64,000 nt of DNA, from assembly GCA_019636515.1 (NCBI GenBank), contig JAHBXI010000003.1, positions 641,478 to 705,477 of the forward strand, in the 5' to 3' direction. Of this stretch, positions 7,705 to 17,870 are shown in pieces. Position 1 is the stretch's first letter, and the number at the start of each line of letters is the position of its first letter. A program made the translations under genes and the position numbers. Below the pieces are notes generated by a model. The model saw only the letters and a program-made list of their open reading frames with translations. It did no database searches and had not been told where the DNA came from. The DNA comes from Phycisphaeraceae bacterium (GTDB lineage Bacteria > Planctomycetota > Phycisphaerae > Phycisphaerales > UBA1924).

Positions 7705-9435
7705 ATGCCGATTTTCCAGCGTCTTGGCGGGTGTTCGTCGGTTGTGGCGGCCGCGTTTCTTTCCGGCGCGGCTTCGGCGGCTTTTGGGGGCTGGGCGGCA
7801 ACGCCCGTGGTGAAGGATGCTTCGGGGTGGTCCGGGACGGTGCTGGTGCGGACGGGGGCGTCGGCTCCGCGGGGATTCACCGCGCTGGCGGCGGACGAGG
7901 ATGGGATCGGCGGGCTGATGGCGGCGACCGAGGCGCTGGTGGCGGACCTGCCGCTGACGGGGGACCTCTCGATCGATGCGGTGCTGACCCGGATCGAGGT
8001 GTTCGGTCCCGAGACGGAACTGGTGGTCCACGGGGATGACGGGGAGCGTCGGATCGAGGCCCCTCCGGTGGCGAGTTTCCGCGGGACGGCGGCGGGGCAC
8101 GAGGACTCGGCGGTGTTCCTTTCGGTTTCGCCGTGGTGGATCTACGGGTACGCGATGGTGGGGGATCGGACGTACATCATCTCGACGGGACCCGCGGTGG
8201 ACCCTCGTCCGCCGGTGGTGTACGACCTTGCGGAGATCTCGGAGGAGGACCTTCGGATCGAGATCCCGGCGTGCCAGGCGGACCTGACGCGTGTGGTGGA
8301 GGGCGTGGCGCGTGAGCGGCGTGGCGGGTCGGTGGGGACTGGGCGGAGCGCCCCGTGCCGGGTGGCGAGGGTGGCGTTTGAATCGGACTACGAACTGACG
8401 CAGATCTTCGGTGGCAACGCGACGCTCTCGACGGGGTACATCGCGACGATGACGGCGGCGATGAACGACATTTACATACGTGACGTCAACACGCGGATGG
8501 TGGCGACGTACGTGCGGGTGTGGACGACGGCGGCGGACCCGTGGGACCAGCCCGGCGCGGGGGAGCAGTTGACCCAGTTCCGCAACTACTGGGTGCAGAA
8601 CATGTGGTCGGTGTCGCGGAACCTGGCGCATTTTCTGTCGGGTCGCGGGCTGGGCGGGGGGGTGGCGTGGCTGAGCGTGATGTGCAATTCGCAGTGGGGT
8701 TTTGCGTTGTCGGGGAACCTGGCGGGGGCGTTCCCGTACCCGCTGGAGGACAACCGCGGGAACAACTGGGACCCGTTCGTGGTGGCGCACGAGTTTGGCC
8801 ACAACTTCGGGACGCTGCACACGCACGACGGGTACACGCCGCCGATCGACACGTGCGGGAACGGGAACTGCGCGGGGTACTACATGAACGGGACGATCAT
8901 GTCGTACTGCCACCTGTGTACGTTCGGGATGCAGAACATCAAGTTGAAGTTCGGAGACCGGGTCTCGGATCGGATCCTGGAGTATCTGGCGGTGGAGGCT
9001 CCGTGCAAACTGGACGACCCGCCGAAGTTCAATTCCCATCCAACGGACAAGATCGTGAACCTGGGCGGAACGACGACGTTCACCACGGCGGTCACCTCGC
9101 CGGGGACGATGCAGTTCCAGTGGCTTCACGAGGACCAGGAGATCCCCGGCGCGACCGCTCAGAACCTGACCCTGACGAACGTGACGCCGGGGAACGTGGG
9201 GTCGTATCGCCTGAGGGCCACGAACCAGTGCCACACGACGCTGAGCAACGCGGCCACGCTCTTCATTCGGTGCCCGGCGGACTTCGACGGGAGCCTGTTC
9301 GTGGACAACGAGGACTTCACCGCGTTCGTGTACGCGTTCGTGGCGGGTGATATGTCGGCGGACTTTGACAAGTCCGGGTTCGTGGATATCGATGACTACG
9401 TGGCGTTCGTGGCGGCGTACGAGAACGGGTGCTGA
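7705..9435 (+). CDS. secreted zinc metalloprotease (HEFGHNFG zincin) with Ig-like domain and C-terminal GC-type dockerin
   Basis: Signal peptide MPIFQRLGGCSSVVAAAFLSGAASAA, HEFGHNFGTLHTHDG motif, and C-terminal DFDGSLFVDNEDFTAFVYAFVAGDMSADFDKSGFVDIDDYVAFVAAYENGC. Confidence 0.8.
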   Translation: MPIFQRLGGCSSVVAAAFLSGAASAAFGGWAATPVVKDASGWSGTVLVRTGASAPRGFTALAADEDGIGGLMAATEALVADLPLTGDLSIDAVLTRIEVFGPETELVVHGDDGERRIEAPPVASFRGTAAGHEDSAVFLSVSPWWIYGYAMVGDRTYIISTGPAVDPRPPVVYDLAEISEEDLRIEIPACQADLTRVVEGVARERRGGSVGTGRSAPCRVARVAFESDYELTQIFGGNATLSTGYIATMTAAMNDIYIRDVNTRMVATYVRVWTTAADPWDQPGAGEQLTQFRNYWVQNMWSVSRNLAHFLSGRGLGGGVAWLSVMCNSQWGFALSGNLAGAFPYPLEDNRGNNWDPFVVAHEFGHNFGTLHTHDGYTPPIDTCGNGNCAGYYMNGTIMSYCHLCTFGMQNIKLKFGDRVSDRILEYLAVEAPCKLDDPPKFNSHPTDKIVNLGGTTTFTTAVTSPGTMQFQWLHEDQEIPGATAQNLTLTNVTPGNVGSYRLRATNQCHTTLSNAATLFIRCPADFDGSLFVDNEDFTAFVYAFVAGDMSADFDKSGFVDIDDYVAFVAAYENGC

Positions 9436-9537
9436 GCCGCGTGATGTGGGCGGTCGGGAAGAGCCCGATCGGGGGAATCGGGGCGCGAGCCGTCCAGCGC
9501 CCCGGATCGGGCATGGTCGGGGGAGTTTCTCGTCGGA

Positions 9538-10731
9538 TTAGCCGTTGCGGGCGGCGAAGTCCTTCATGAACTGGGCGAGGGCCTTGCAGCCGTCCTCGGG
9601 CATGGCGTTGTACATGCTGGCGCGCATGCCGCCGGTGGAGCGGTGGCCCTTCATGCCGTCGAGTCCCTGCGCGGCGGCCTGTGAGCAGAAGGCATCGTCG
9701 AGCGCAGGGGTCGGGCACTTGAAGGTGATGTTCATGAGGCTTCGGGCGTTCTTGTCGGCGTGCCCGCGGTAGAAGTTTCCCGAGGAGTCGATGGCCTGGT
9801 AGACGTGTCCGGCCTTGCGGATGTTGCGTTCGTGGATGACGTCGAGGCAGTGCCGCCCCGGCTGGGCGTGGGAGAGGATCCACTTGAAGACCAGGCCGCA
9901 GATGTGGATGGCAAAGACGGGCGGCGTGTTGGGCCGGCTCTCATCCTTGGCGAAGGTTTCGTAGCGCAGGAGCCAGGGGAGTTCACGGACTTTTCGAGAG
10001 GCCAGGTCGTCGCGGATGACGACGAGGGTGGTGCCCGCGGCGCCGAGGTTCTTCTGCGCGCCGGCGTAGACCAGGCCGTAGCGGGTGAAATCGACAGGCC
10101 TTGAATAGATGTCGCTCGACATGTCGCAGACGAGCGGGACACCGGGGGGCGCGACGGGGTCGCGCTGATGCCAGGTGCAGGCGCCGGCGGCGTCGGCCTT
10201 GTGCCACTGGGTGCCGTAGATGGTGTTGTTGGAGCAGAAGTGGACGTAGGCCGGGGCCTGGGAATAGCGGGCCTGGCCGTCGGCGGGGATGTAGGAGTGG
10301 TTGCGGTCCTTGCTGGTCGCGGCCTCGTGAAGCACGCCGTAAGGCCTGGCGTGTTCGAGGCTTTTCTCGGCCCAGTAGCCGGTGGTGATGTAGTCGGCGG
10401 GCTGGTCCTGGGGCTTGAGGTTGGCGGGAACCAGGAAGTTCTGGGAGGAGGCCCCCCCGGTCATGAACAGGACGTGGTAGTTTTCGGGAAGGTTTGAGAT
10501 GGCGCGGAAATCGTGCATGGCCTCGGCCAGGACTCGATCAAAGGCCTTGCCTCGGTGGCTGTGCTCGAGGATGCCGATGCCCGTCGCGGCGATGTTGAAG
10601 ACGTCCTTTTGGACCTGGGCCAGGACTTCCTCGGGCAGGCAGCCGGGACCGGCGGAAAAATTGAAGATGCGTCCCGAGGCGGTGCGTGAGACGGCGGCGT
10701 GGTTCGCGTGGGCGGGTGCGGCGGTACTCAT
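9538..10731 (-). CDS. serC: phosphoserine aminotransferase
   Basis: FNFSAGPG motif and class V aminotransferase fold; adjacent to serA. Confidence 0.9.
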   Translation of the reverse strand: MSTAAPAHANHAAVSRTASGRIFNFSAGPGCLPEEVLAQVQKDVFNIAATGIGILEHSHRGKAFDRVLAEAMHDFRAISNLPENYHVLFMTGGASSQNFLVPANLKPQDQPADYITTGYWAEKSLEHARPYGVLHEAATSKDRNHSYIPADGQARYSQAPAYVHFCSNNTIYGTQWHKADAAGACTWHQRDPVAPPGVPLVCDMSSDIYSRPVDFTRYGLVYAGAQKNLGAAGTTLVVIRDDLASRKVRELPWLLRYETFAKDESRPNTPPVFAIHICGLVFKWILSHAQPGRHCLDVIHERNIRKAGHVYQAIDSSGNFYRGHADKNARSLMNITFKCPTPALDDAFCSQAAAQGLDGMKGHRSTGGMRASMYNAMPEDGCKALAQFMKDFAARNG

Positions 10732-10876
10732 GTCCCGATGTTAGGGCGTGGAGGCGTGCCGGGGGTGCCGGGGGTGCCGGCGGCGTGTGGGCGATTGTGA
10801 GGCCCGAGGCACCGAACATCCAGCGGTCCCCCCGGGAGACGTGGTGGGAGTTCCGGGGGGATCCGCCGTGGGGCGG

Positions 10877-11878
10877 TCAGGAGACGGCGGCGGCGTTGAC
10901 GCAGTTCTCGGCGCGTCCGGATTCCATGAAGACGCGGACGATGCGGACGGTTTCGTCGGCGACGGCACGCTGGGCCTGGTCGGTGCTGGCGCCGACGTGG
11001 TGCGTCAGGACGCGGACGATGCCCGCGTCGGCCTGTGCGAGTCGGCAGTTCCAGGGTGCTTGCGTCTGGGCGGGGGCGTTCTCGTACACGTCGAGGCCGT
11101 ACCGGAGGTTTTTTTCCCTGGAGGCGGCGAGGAGGGCTTCTTCGTCGATGACGTTTCCGCGCGAGGTGTTGATGAGGTACGCGCCGGGCTTCATTCGGGA
11201 GATGAACTCTCGCCCGATGAGTTGGCGTGTGTCGGGCGCGGAGGGGAGGTGGATGGAGACGGCGTCACACCGGGAGGCCATGTCCCAGAGGGCGGGGGTG
11301 TCGGTGCCGGCCCATTGCGCGCCCAGGTCTCGGGCGTGTTCGCGAGTGATGGAGCGTGACCAGGCGAGGACGTTCATTTCGAAGGCGAGGGCGCGCTTCA
11401 TGACGGCGCGTCCGATGGCTCCGCAGCCGACGATGCCCAGGGTCATCCCTTTGAGCCCGCGTGCCTTTGAGAATTCTTTCTTGTTCCACTGACCGGCGAG
11501 CATGGCGGCGTTCTGTTCGCAGAGCCTGCGGTCGAGGGCGATGAGCAGTCCCATGGTGAGTTCGGCGACGGCGACGGCGTTCATGCCGGGGCAGTTGCTG
11601 ACGGGGATGCCGGCGGCGGAGGCGGTGGGGACGTCGATGTTGTCGTATCCGGCGCCGGCGCGGATGATGAGTTTGAGTCCCTTGGCGGACTTGATGGCGT
11701 CGGGGGTGACCTTGCTGGAGCGGACGATGAGGATGTCCGGGGAGGCTTGCCGGAGGGCGTCGGGGAGTCCTTCGGCGCCGGCCTTGGGCTCGTGGATGAC
11801 CTGGCAGCCCAGGGAACGGATGGCCTCGATGCCGGACGCCTCGAACGAATCCGCGATCATTGCCTTCACGTGGGTCAC
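10877..11878 (-). CDS. serA: D-3-phosphoglycerate dehydrogenase (2-hydroxyacid dehydrogenase family)
   Basis: NAD-binding GIVGCGAIGRAV and catalytic-domain signatures, upstream of serC. Confidence 0.85.
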   Translation of the reverse strand: MTHVKAMIADSFEASGIEAIRSLGCQVIHEPKAGAEGLPDALRQASPDILIVRSSKVTPDAIKSAKGLKLIIRAGAGYDNIDVPTASAAGIPVSNCPGMNAVAVAELTMGLLIALDRRLCEQNAAMLAGQWNKKEFSKARGLKGMTLGIVGCGAIGRAVMKRALAFEMNVLAWSRSITREHARDLGAQWAGTDTPALWDMASRCDAVSIHLPSAPDTRQLIGREFISRMKPGAYLINTSRGNVIDEEALLAASREKNLRYGLDVYENAPAQTQAPWNCRLAQADAGIVRVLTHHVGASTDQAQRAVADETVRIVRVFMESGRAENCVNAAAVS

Positions 11879-11946
11879 TCCAGGGTGGCTCGGGCACGGA
11901 GATCATCCGGTATCGAGCCGGGGCCTTTTGCGAGGGGTTGTGGCGT

Positions 11947-13014
11947 TCAGTTCCGCGTGGAGCCGGCGGTCGAGCGGGTGGTGAACCGGGCGTCGTCCAT
12001 GACGTAGAGTCCGACGAGCCAGTCTCCGGCGAGGTAGGGCTTGACGCCGAACTTCCCGGTGACTTCCCCCTGGGTGGCGTAGCGGTCGGACCCTTCGACG
12101 GGGGTTTTGAGGCGGACTTCGACGGCGTCGAAGGGGGTCGGGGGAACGCCGATGCAGCATCCATCCCACTGGTTGAGCATGGAAAGGAGTTCCTTGGGCT
12201 TGTCGACGTACATGGGGAAGGCGACGTAGCCGGTGAGCCGGACGTGCTTACCGTCGAGCATGGTGACGCGCTCGGGGAGGCGTTTTTTGCCGTCGCGGGG
12301 GTTGTACAACTCGCTGACGGAGATGAGGTGGTCCCAGGTGACCTCGTAGGGCTTTTCGGCGGTGCCGTCGCCCTTGACGACGAAGCGGCCGTCGATCTTG
12401 AGGTTGCCGTTGTCGAGTGTCTCGATTCTGGCGGGGATGGGTCCGGTTTCGGCGGGCGTGCCTGCTGATTCGGGTGTGCCTGCGGATTCGGGTGTGCCTG
12501 CGGATTCAGGGGTGTTTGTCTCGGGCGCGTTGGCGTTGGCCGGGTCCGGGGTTTGGAGAGGGGCGTGGTCGGGGGCGTGGTCGGGGGTGTCGGTCGTGGT
12601 CGTGGTTGATGCGGGGGCTGTGGAGGCTTGATCGGCGGGGCGTTCGATGGGATCGTCGGCCGGGGGGTCATCCGCCGGGGATGGAGCGGGGCTGGTGGTA
12701 TGGCTGGGGGTTAGGCTGGGGGTTTGGTCGGGGATTGGGTCGGGGATCGGGTCGGGGATTGGGTCTGGCGAGACGGCGGCGGGTGTGTGTGCGTGCTGCC
12801 CGGAGCGAGCGGGATCCGGCGGAGCGGGACGTGGCGGGGCTTGTTGGGCTGATTGTTGGGGTGGTTGTTCGGCGGCTTGCCTGGCCTGCCGGGCGTCCTG
12901 CAGTTGCTTCTGGGCGCGGGCGCGTGCCTGGTGTTCGAGCGAGCCGGAGGTGGTGATCCACGTGGCGGCGGCGGCGAAGATGATGATGGCGATGAGTGCC
13001 CAGAAGAGGCGCAT
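11947..13014 (-). CDS. DUF3299-like membrane-anchored protein with a long Pro/Ala/Thr-rich linker
   Basis: Start trimmed to Met95 (MRLFWALIAIIIFAAAATW TM helix). The conserved C-terminal domain is co-oriented downstream of an FtsX-type permease. Confidence 0.5.
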   Translation of the reverse strand: MRLFWALIAIIIFAAAATWITTSGSLEHQARARAQKQLQDARQARQAAEQPPQQSAQQAPPRPAPPDPARSGQHAHTPAAVSPDPIPDPIPDPIPDQTPSLTPSHTTSPAPSPADDPPADDPIERPADQASTAPASTTTTTDTPDHAPDHAPLQTPDPANANAPETNTPESAGTPESAGTPESAGTPAETGPIPARIETLDNGNLKIDGRFVVKGDGTAEKPYEVTWDHLISVSELYNPRDGKKRLPERVTMLDGKHVRLTGYVAFPMYVDKPKELLSMLNQWDGCCIGVPPTPFDAVEVRLKTPVEGSDRYATQGEVTGKFGVKPYLAGDWLVGLYVMDDARFTTRSTAGSTRN

Positions 13015-13087
13015 CGGCGAGTCTCCAGCCCCCCGTGTGCGTCCCGCGTGACGGTTGGCGACGCGGGGGGAAGATCCGTTCGCGTGT

Positions 13088-14440
13088 TCAACCGATCGGT
13101 CTGAGATTCTTCGCCACGGCGGTGCGGTACGCCATGACGGCGGGGATGATTCCGGCGAGCGACGCGAGGATGACGGCGGCGGCGACGACGACCAGGACCA
13201 CGGGGGGAGAGAGGGCGGGTTCGATGGCCAGGCCGACCTGTGACTTGAGGGTCTCGGCGGCGGCGCGGACCCCGGCGAGGCTGAGCAGGACGCCAACGGC
13301 GGCCCCGGCGAGCCCGAGCGTGGCCGATTCGGTCATGACCAGGCCGAAGACTCGGGGCCGGCTGCATCCCAGGACTCGCAGGACGGCGATCTGTCGTCGT
13401 CGCTGTTCCATGGAGTTGTAAAGGGCGACCATGATGGCGATGCCGCTGGAGACCATGACAACCACGGCCATGGCGACAAAGACCCGGTCGATGTTACCGA
13501 CGATGGTGAAGAGGCGGTCGATTTCCTGGCGTGGTGAGGCGACGGTGATGGTGGAATCCCGGCGCAACTGGTCAAAGACCTGCGGGAGGTTGGCGGGGGT
13601 GTCGGAGTTGGCGCGGGTGATGAGGCGCCCGTAGATCCCGGTGATAAGGCGGTCCTGGTCGGTGAGGTCTTCCTCGCAGATGAGTTCGCCGTGGTCGTGG
13701 TGGTGGTCGTGGTCGCACTCCTCGTCGTCGGCGTGCTCGTGGTCGTGGTCGTGGTGGTGCCCCTCGCGTTCGAGACGGTCGTAGGCGTGCATGAGCCATG
13801 AACTGGCCAGGGTGGTGAACAAGGCCCGGTCGTGGCTTCCGCCGGTGGGCGCCAGGACGCCGACGACGGTGAAGAGGAACTCGTCGTGCTGGTGCCCGGC
13901 GTCGGGATCGGCGGTGTTGGAGGCGGCTCCGTGGGTGAGTTGGATCCGGTCGCCGACCTTGAGGCGGGCGCTGGCGGCGGCGGAAGCGCCGGCGACGATC
14001 TCGAAGTTTTTCTCAAAGAACCGGCCCGAGGCGAGCGACCAGGACTCCCCGGGGTTTGGCATGAACCTGGTGAAGAACTCGTGCGTGGTGGCCATGACGG
14101 GGATTCGCCCCTGGTAACTGTCCCCGAGTTGGTTTGGAACAAAGTAATCCCATGGGGCGGAGGCGGCGAGTTGCTCGTACTTGGCCCAGGTGATGGGCCG
14201 CCGCGGGGCGTTGGCGTGGAAGACGCCGTTGAGGACGCTGACCAGGGGCGAGGCGTCGGCGCTGATGACCAGGTGCATGTCCCCCGAGCCTCGTGCGAAG
14301 GCCTTGCGTCCGGCGTCTCGCATCATGAGGAGGGTGAGCAGGAGGGCGACGGCGACGGCGACCGTGACGGTGGTGGTCACGGTGGAAAAAAGCCGTGAGG
14401 TGAGGGAGCGTTGGATGATCGTCCAGTCGGTGAGGGCCAT
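13088..14440 (-). CDS. ABC transporter permease, FtsX/MacB-like, with a His-rich periplasmic insert
   Basis: N-terminal TM helix, large periplasmic domain and C-terminal FtsX 3-TM bundle. The insert is EREGHHHDHDHEHADDEECDHDHHHDHGE. Start trimmed to Met55. Confidence 0.8.
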   Translation of the reverse strand: MALTDWTIIQRSLTSRLFSTVTTTVTVAVAVALLLTLLMMRDAGRKAFARGSGDMHLVISADASPLVSVLNGVFHANAPRRPITWAKYEQLAASAPWDYFVPNQLGDSYQGRIPVMATTHEFFTRFMPNPGESWSLASGRFFEKNFEIVAGASAAASARLKVGDRIQLTHGAASNTADPDAGHQHDEFLFTVVGVLAPTGGSHDRALFTTLASSWLMHAYDRLEREGHHHDHDHEHADDEECDHDHHHDHGELICEEDLTDQDRLITGIYGRLITRANSDTPANLPQVFDQLRRDSTITVASPRQEIDRLFTIVGNIDRVFVAMAVVVMVSSGIAIMVALYNSMEQRRRQIAVLRVLGCSRPRVFGLVMTESATLGLAGAAVGVLLSLAGVRAAAETLKSQVGLAIEPALSPPVVLVVVAAAVILASLAGIIPAVMAYRTAVAKNLRPIG

Positions 14441-14552
14441 TGCCTGGAAGTGTATCAGGGCGGGATGGCGGATCCGGCCGGAGGGGTGGTGGCCATACGA
14501 TGCGACGGGTGACGCCCCGCGAACCTTGCGGTCGATCGCGGGTCGTTGAATC

Positions 14553-16172
14553 GTGTCGGGCACTTTCTCCATGGCATCACGATCTCCGGCACCGGTCGTC
14601 ATCTCTCTCCCGCGTGGTCTTCAGACCGGCGGGGTGACGACGTGGGCGGTGCGTACGGCCGGGGCGATGGCGCGGCGTGGCCGCGCTGCATGCCTGGTGG
14701 TGCACCGTGAGGATGTGGGTTCGGATCGCCTGGGGTTCGAGGTCCCGGGCGAGATCCGTGTGATCGACCTCTCGGGCCTTCCGCCGCTGGACGGCGCCGG
14801 CGGAGATCTTTCGCGGGTCATCCCGCCGTACCGGGATGCGGTGCGGGCGCTGGCGCGTGAGACGGGCCGGCCGGTGGTGATGATCCCGACGCTGCTTGGT
14901 GACAGTTTCGGGGTGGCGGCGGCGCTGACGCTGACGGACCCGGAGTTGCTGCGCGTGGTGGGATGGTGTCACTCCCCGATCGCGTACGACGCGGCGGTTC
15001 TCGACCATTACGAAAGGGTGATCGCGCGGTTCGCGGCGGTCAGCGATCCGATCGCGGCCGGGCTTCGTTCGCGTCATCCTTCGCGAGCGGGTGAGATCGA
15101 CGTGGTGTACCACGGGGTGGAGGCTCCGCGCGAGCGTCCCGGGCGTCCCGCGCTGGCGGGCCGCGCGCTGATGCTGGTGTACGCGGGGCGCGTGGAGGAT
15201 GACCTCAAGCGCGTGGTGTCGCTGGTGGCGATCTCCGATTCGCTGCGGAGGGCGGGGGTTGGGCATCGCCTGACGATCGTCGGGGATGGCCCGGCGAGCG
15301 GGCGGGTTGATGCGCTGATCGCGGAGGGCCGCACGGACCGGATTCGGCGTTTGTCGGCGGTTCCTCCCGACCGTGTGCAGGGGCTGATGGCCGAGCACGA
15401 CGTATTCGTTCTGCCTTCCCGCGTGGAGGGGATGCCCCTGGCCGCGCTGGAGGCGATGGCGGTCGGGTGCGTGCCGGTGATGAGGAGGACGGAGACGGGC
15501 TCGCGAGTGCTCGCCGAGCACGGGGTCTCGGGCGTGTTCGTGGAGGTGGGCGACGACGCGGATGATGCGGCGGTGGGTGAGGCGTTCGCGGGGGCGATTG
15601 TCGGGGCGATGGGTGGAAGGATGGGGGCGGGTATCGATCGGATGTCGGAGGCGGCGCACCGCCGCGCGAGGGAGCGGTTTTCGATGGAGGCGTACGCGGA
15701 TTGGGCGGAACGGGTGATCGATGCGGCGGCTTCGTCGGCCCCGCGGGCATGGCCGGCGGATCGGCCGTGTGCGTTTACCTCCTTGTCAGGATCGAGCGGT
15801 TCGGGGGCGGTTCCCTCCGGCGGGGCGTGGCGTCTTGGGGAGTTGCTCGGTGCTCTGGCGGGCCGGCGCGTGGTGGTACACGGGGTCGGACGACACACGA
15901 TCGAACTGGGGAGCGTGTTCGCGGGTTCTGGGGCGGGGATCGTCGCGTTCTGTGACGATGACCCTTCCCGGCAGGGCGGGACGATCTGGAACTGGCCGAT
16001 CGTTTCCCCGTCGTCGGCGGGCCGGACCGGGGCGACGGATGTGGTGATCAGTTCGTGGATGAATCAGGAGGCGATCTGGGATCGCCGCGCGGTGTACGAG
16101 CGTCAGGGAATGAGCGTTCATCGCCTGTACGACGTGGTGGACGGGCCTGGAGCCCGTCCGCCGGGGGTGTGA
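14553..16172 (+). CDS. glycosyltransferase family 4 fused to a C-terminal Rossmann-like (PglD/NeuD N-domain-like) module
   Basis: GT4 C-domain EGMPLAALEAMAVGCVPV plus an extra about 150-aa C-terminal domain. Confidence 0.75.
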   Translation: MSGTFSMASRSPAPVVISLPRGLQTGGVTTWAVRTAGAMARRGRAACLVVHREDVGSDRLGFEVPGEIRVIDLSGLPPLDGAGGDLSRVIPPYRDAVRALARETGRPVVMIPTLLGDSFGVAAALTLTDPELLRVVGWCHSPIAYDAAVLDHYERVIARFAAVSDPIAAGLRSRHPSRAGEIDVVYHGVEAPRERPGRPALAGRALMLVYAGRVEDDLKRVVSLVAISDSLRRAGVGHRLTIVGDGPASGRVDALIAEGRTDRIRRLSAVPPDRVQGLMAEHDVFVLPSRVEGMPLAALEAMAVGCVPVMRRTETGSRVLAEHGVSGVFVEVGDDADDAAVGEAFAGAIVGAMGGRMGAGIDRMSEAAHRRARERFSMEAYADWAERVIDAAASSAPRAWPADRPCAFTSLSGSSGSGAVPSGGAWRLGELLGALAGRRVVVHGVGRHTIELGSVFAGSGAGIVAFCDDDPSRQGGTIWNWPIVSPSSAGRTGATDVVISSWMNQEAIWDRRAVYERQGMSVHRLYDVVDGPGARPPGV

Positions 16173-16211
16173 CGGGGTACTGGGCGAAATGGACCGCCGG
16201 TATGGTGCCGG

Positions 16212-16523
16212 TCAGCGAGGCGGATCAACGGTGTGCGCCCGGCGTCCTTCGCCGGGTTCTCCGGTGAACTCGGGCTCCTGCGAGGCGCGACGGGAATACT
16301 CGCTGCTCTCTTTTTCTTTCTGGAGTCGCTGGGTCAGTTCGTCGGCGGTCCGGGTGACGGCGGGCGTGACGGCCGTGCCGGCGGAGGGGCGTTCGCCGCG
16401 CACGGCGAAGTAGATTCCGCCCGCGATGCACGCGGCGGCGAGCGAGATCAGGATGATGTTTCGGCGGAGTTGCGATGAATCGGAGCCGCGTTCTGACTTC
16501 TCGGACGTGGCGTTCTTTGGCAT
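16212..16523 (-). CDS. small single-pass membrane protein, hypothetical
   Basis: About 104 aa with one TM helix (NIILISLAAACIAGGIYFAV), immediately downstream of the DUF1559 gene. Confidence 0.4.
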   Translation of the reverse strand: MPKNATSEKSERGSDSSQLRRNIILISLAAACIAGGIYFAVRGERPSAGTAVTPAVTRTADELTQRLQKEKESSEYSRRASQEPEFTGEPGEGRRAHTVDPPR

Positions 16524-16581
16524 GGGCCGACTCCGGTGTTTTGAGGAGGTCGTGAGAGGTGGGATAGGCGGTTCAAGTCGT

Positions 16582-17520
16582 TCAGCGATTGATGTCTCGG
16601 CCCTTGATCCCAAAGCGGGTTGCCCAGAACCAGGCGGGGTACATGTTTGAGTCGTTGGCGCCGTTTTCGAGTTCATCCTTGCCCATGTCGTACTTGGTGA
16701 GCGTGGCCTGGGTGATGTCCCACAGTCCCGAGGGGGTGAACTGCTCCTTGGTCTTTGGGGTATCGGAGGCACTGAGCAGGACGAGGTCCTCGATCTTGAC
16801 GGGTCCGGCGCTGTTGTCGCTGAAGACAACCTGCGGCTGGGCGGTGGTGGCGCAGAAGGTGGGCGAGAGCGGGAGCGAGCCGACGGCACTGGGTCGGGTG
16901 ACCTTCGAGAAATCGAAGCGTTCGAAGATCATGGCCTTGGCGTGCGGGAACGTGATCTCGGCGAAGGTGTTCCGGCGGACGAGGCTCTGCACGGCGGGGA
17001 CAAGCGAGGCGGTGTCGTAGCGCGACGAGCGGAACCACATGGTCGGGGACATGAAGTACGAGCCGTCCCAGATGTACCGCTCGAGGTCCTTGTAGGTGTT
17101 CATGAAGTTCTTGAAGCGGATGAGGACGGACTTGTCGAGCGGGGCGAACTGCACGGCGGACGTGAGACCCGCCGCGGATGAGTCGTTCCAGTGCATCATG
17201 AGGCTGGCCCAGTGCGCCGCGAACATCTCGGTCGAGCGGTTGCCGTCGGAGAAGATCCACTGCATGGTCTTGTTGCTGCCGGGAACCCAGACCGAGCGCC
17301 AGGTTGGCGTCGGCTCGAAGGGGTTGAACAGTTGTTCCTTGTTTTCCTGCGAGTAGGAGAAGCACAACTGGTTCAAGGACCGGAGGTTGTTGAGGCTGAC
17401 GGTGCCCTTGGCCAGCCGGTTGGACTTGGACAGTCCCGGGATCAGGATCCCGATCAGCAGGGCGAGCACGGCAATGACCACGAGGAGTTCGATGAGGGTG
17501 AACGCTCGATGCGATGACAT
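16582..17520 (-). CDS. DUF1559 / prepilin-type N-terminal cleavage-methylation domain protein (H-X9-DG family)
   Basis: RAFTLIELLVVIAVLALLIGILIPGL; this family is hugely expanded in Planctomycetota. Start trimmed to Met29. Confidence 0.85.
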   Translation of the reverse strand: MSSHRAFTLIELLVVIAVLALLIGILIPGLSKSNRLAKGTVSLNNLRSLNQLCFSYSQENKEQLFNPFEPTPTWRSVWVPGSNKTMQWIFSDGNRSTEMFAAHWASLMMHWNDSSAAGLTSAVQFAPLDKSVLIRFKNFMNTYKDLERYIWDGSYFMSPTMWFRSSRYDTASLVPAVQSLVRRNTFAEITFPHAKAMIFERFDFSKVTRPSAVGSLPLSPTFCATTAQPQVVFSDNSAGPVKIEDLVLLSASDTPKTKEQFTPSGLWDITQATLTKYDMGKDELENGANDSNMYPAWFWATRFGIKGRDINR

Positions 17521-17870
17521 GGAAAACCTCCTGCCTGGCGTCCGAATCCGTCGCCGGTGCTTGCAGAACATCGACCGGCCCGATCCGGGTGATAACTCGA
17601 ACACACCCCTCTTTAGATTATCGCCGGTGGATTGGATTGGTTTCTTCGATAATTGCAGATTTCAACCAAAGTGACGACCAAAGGCCAAAATCAGGGCACT
17701 GCAAGGGTGAATACCCCAGGGAATGGGGATCCTCCGCGAGGAAGCGTCCCTGAAATGACCGACGCCGCTCGGATGAGCGGCGTCGGCGTCCCTGCCTCCA
17801 GTTCGGTGATCCGGCGGCCGGGTCTTCCTGCGGACCGCGGGCGTGCCGGTTGGGCGTTCAGGGTCGGCGT

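Noticed and set aside
7699-9234. 511-aa minus-strand ORF antisense to the GC-dockerin metalloprotease
   Set aside because: It is an Arg-rich shadow ORF; the plus-strand gene has clear HEFGH and dockerin motifs.
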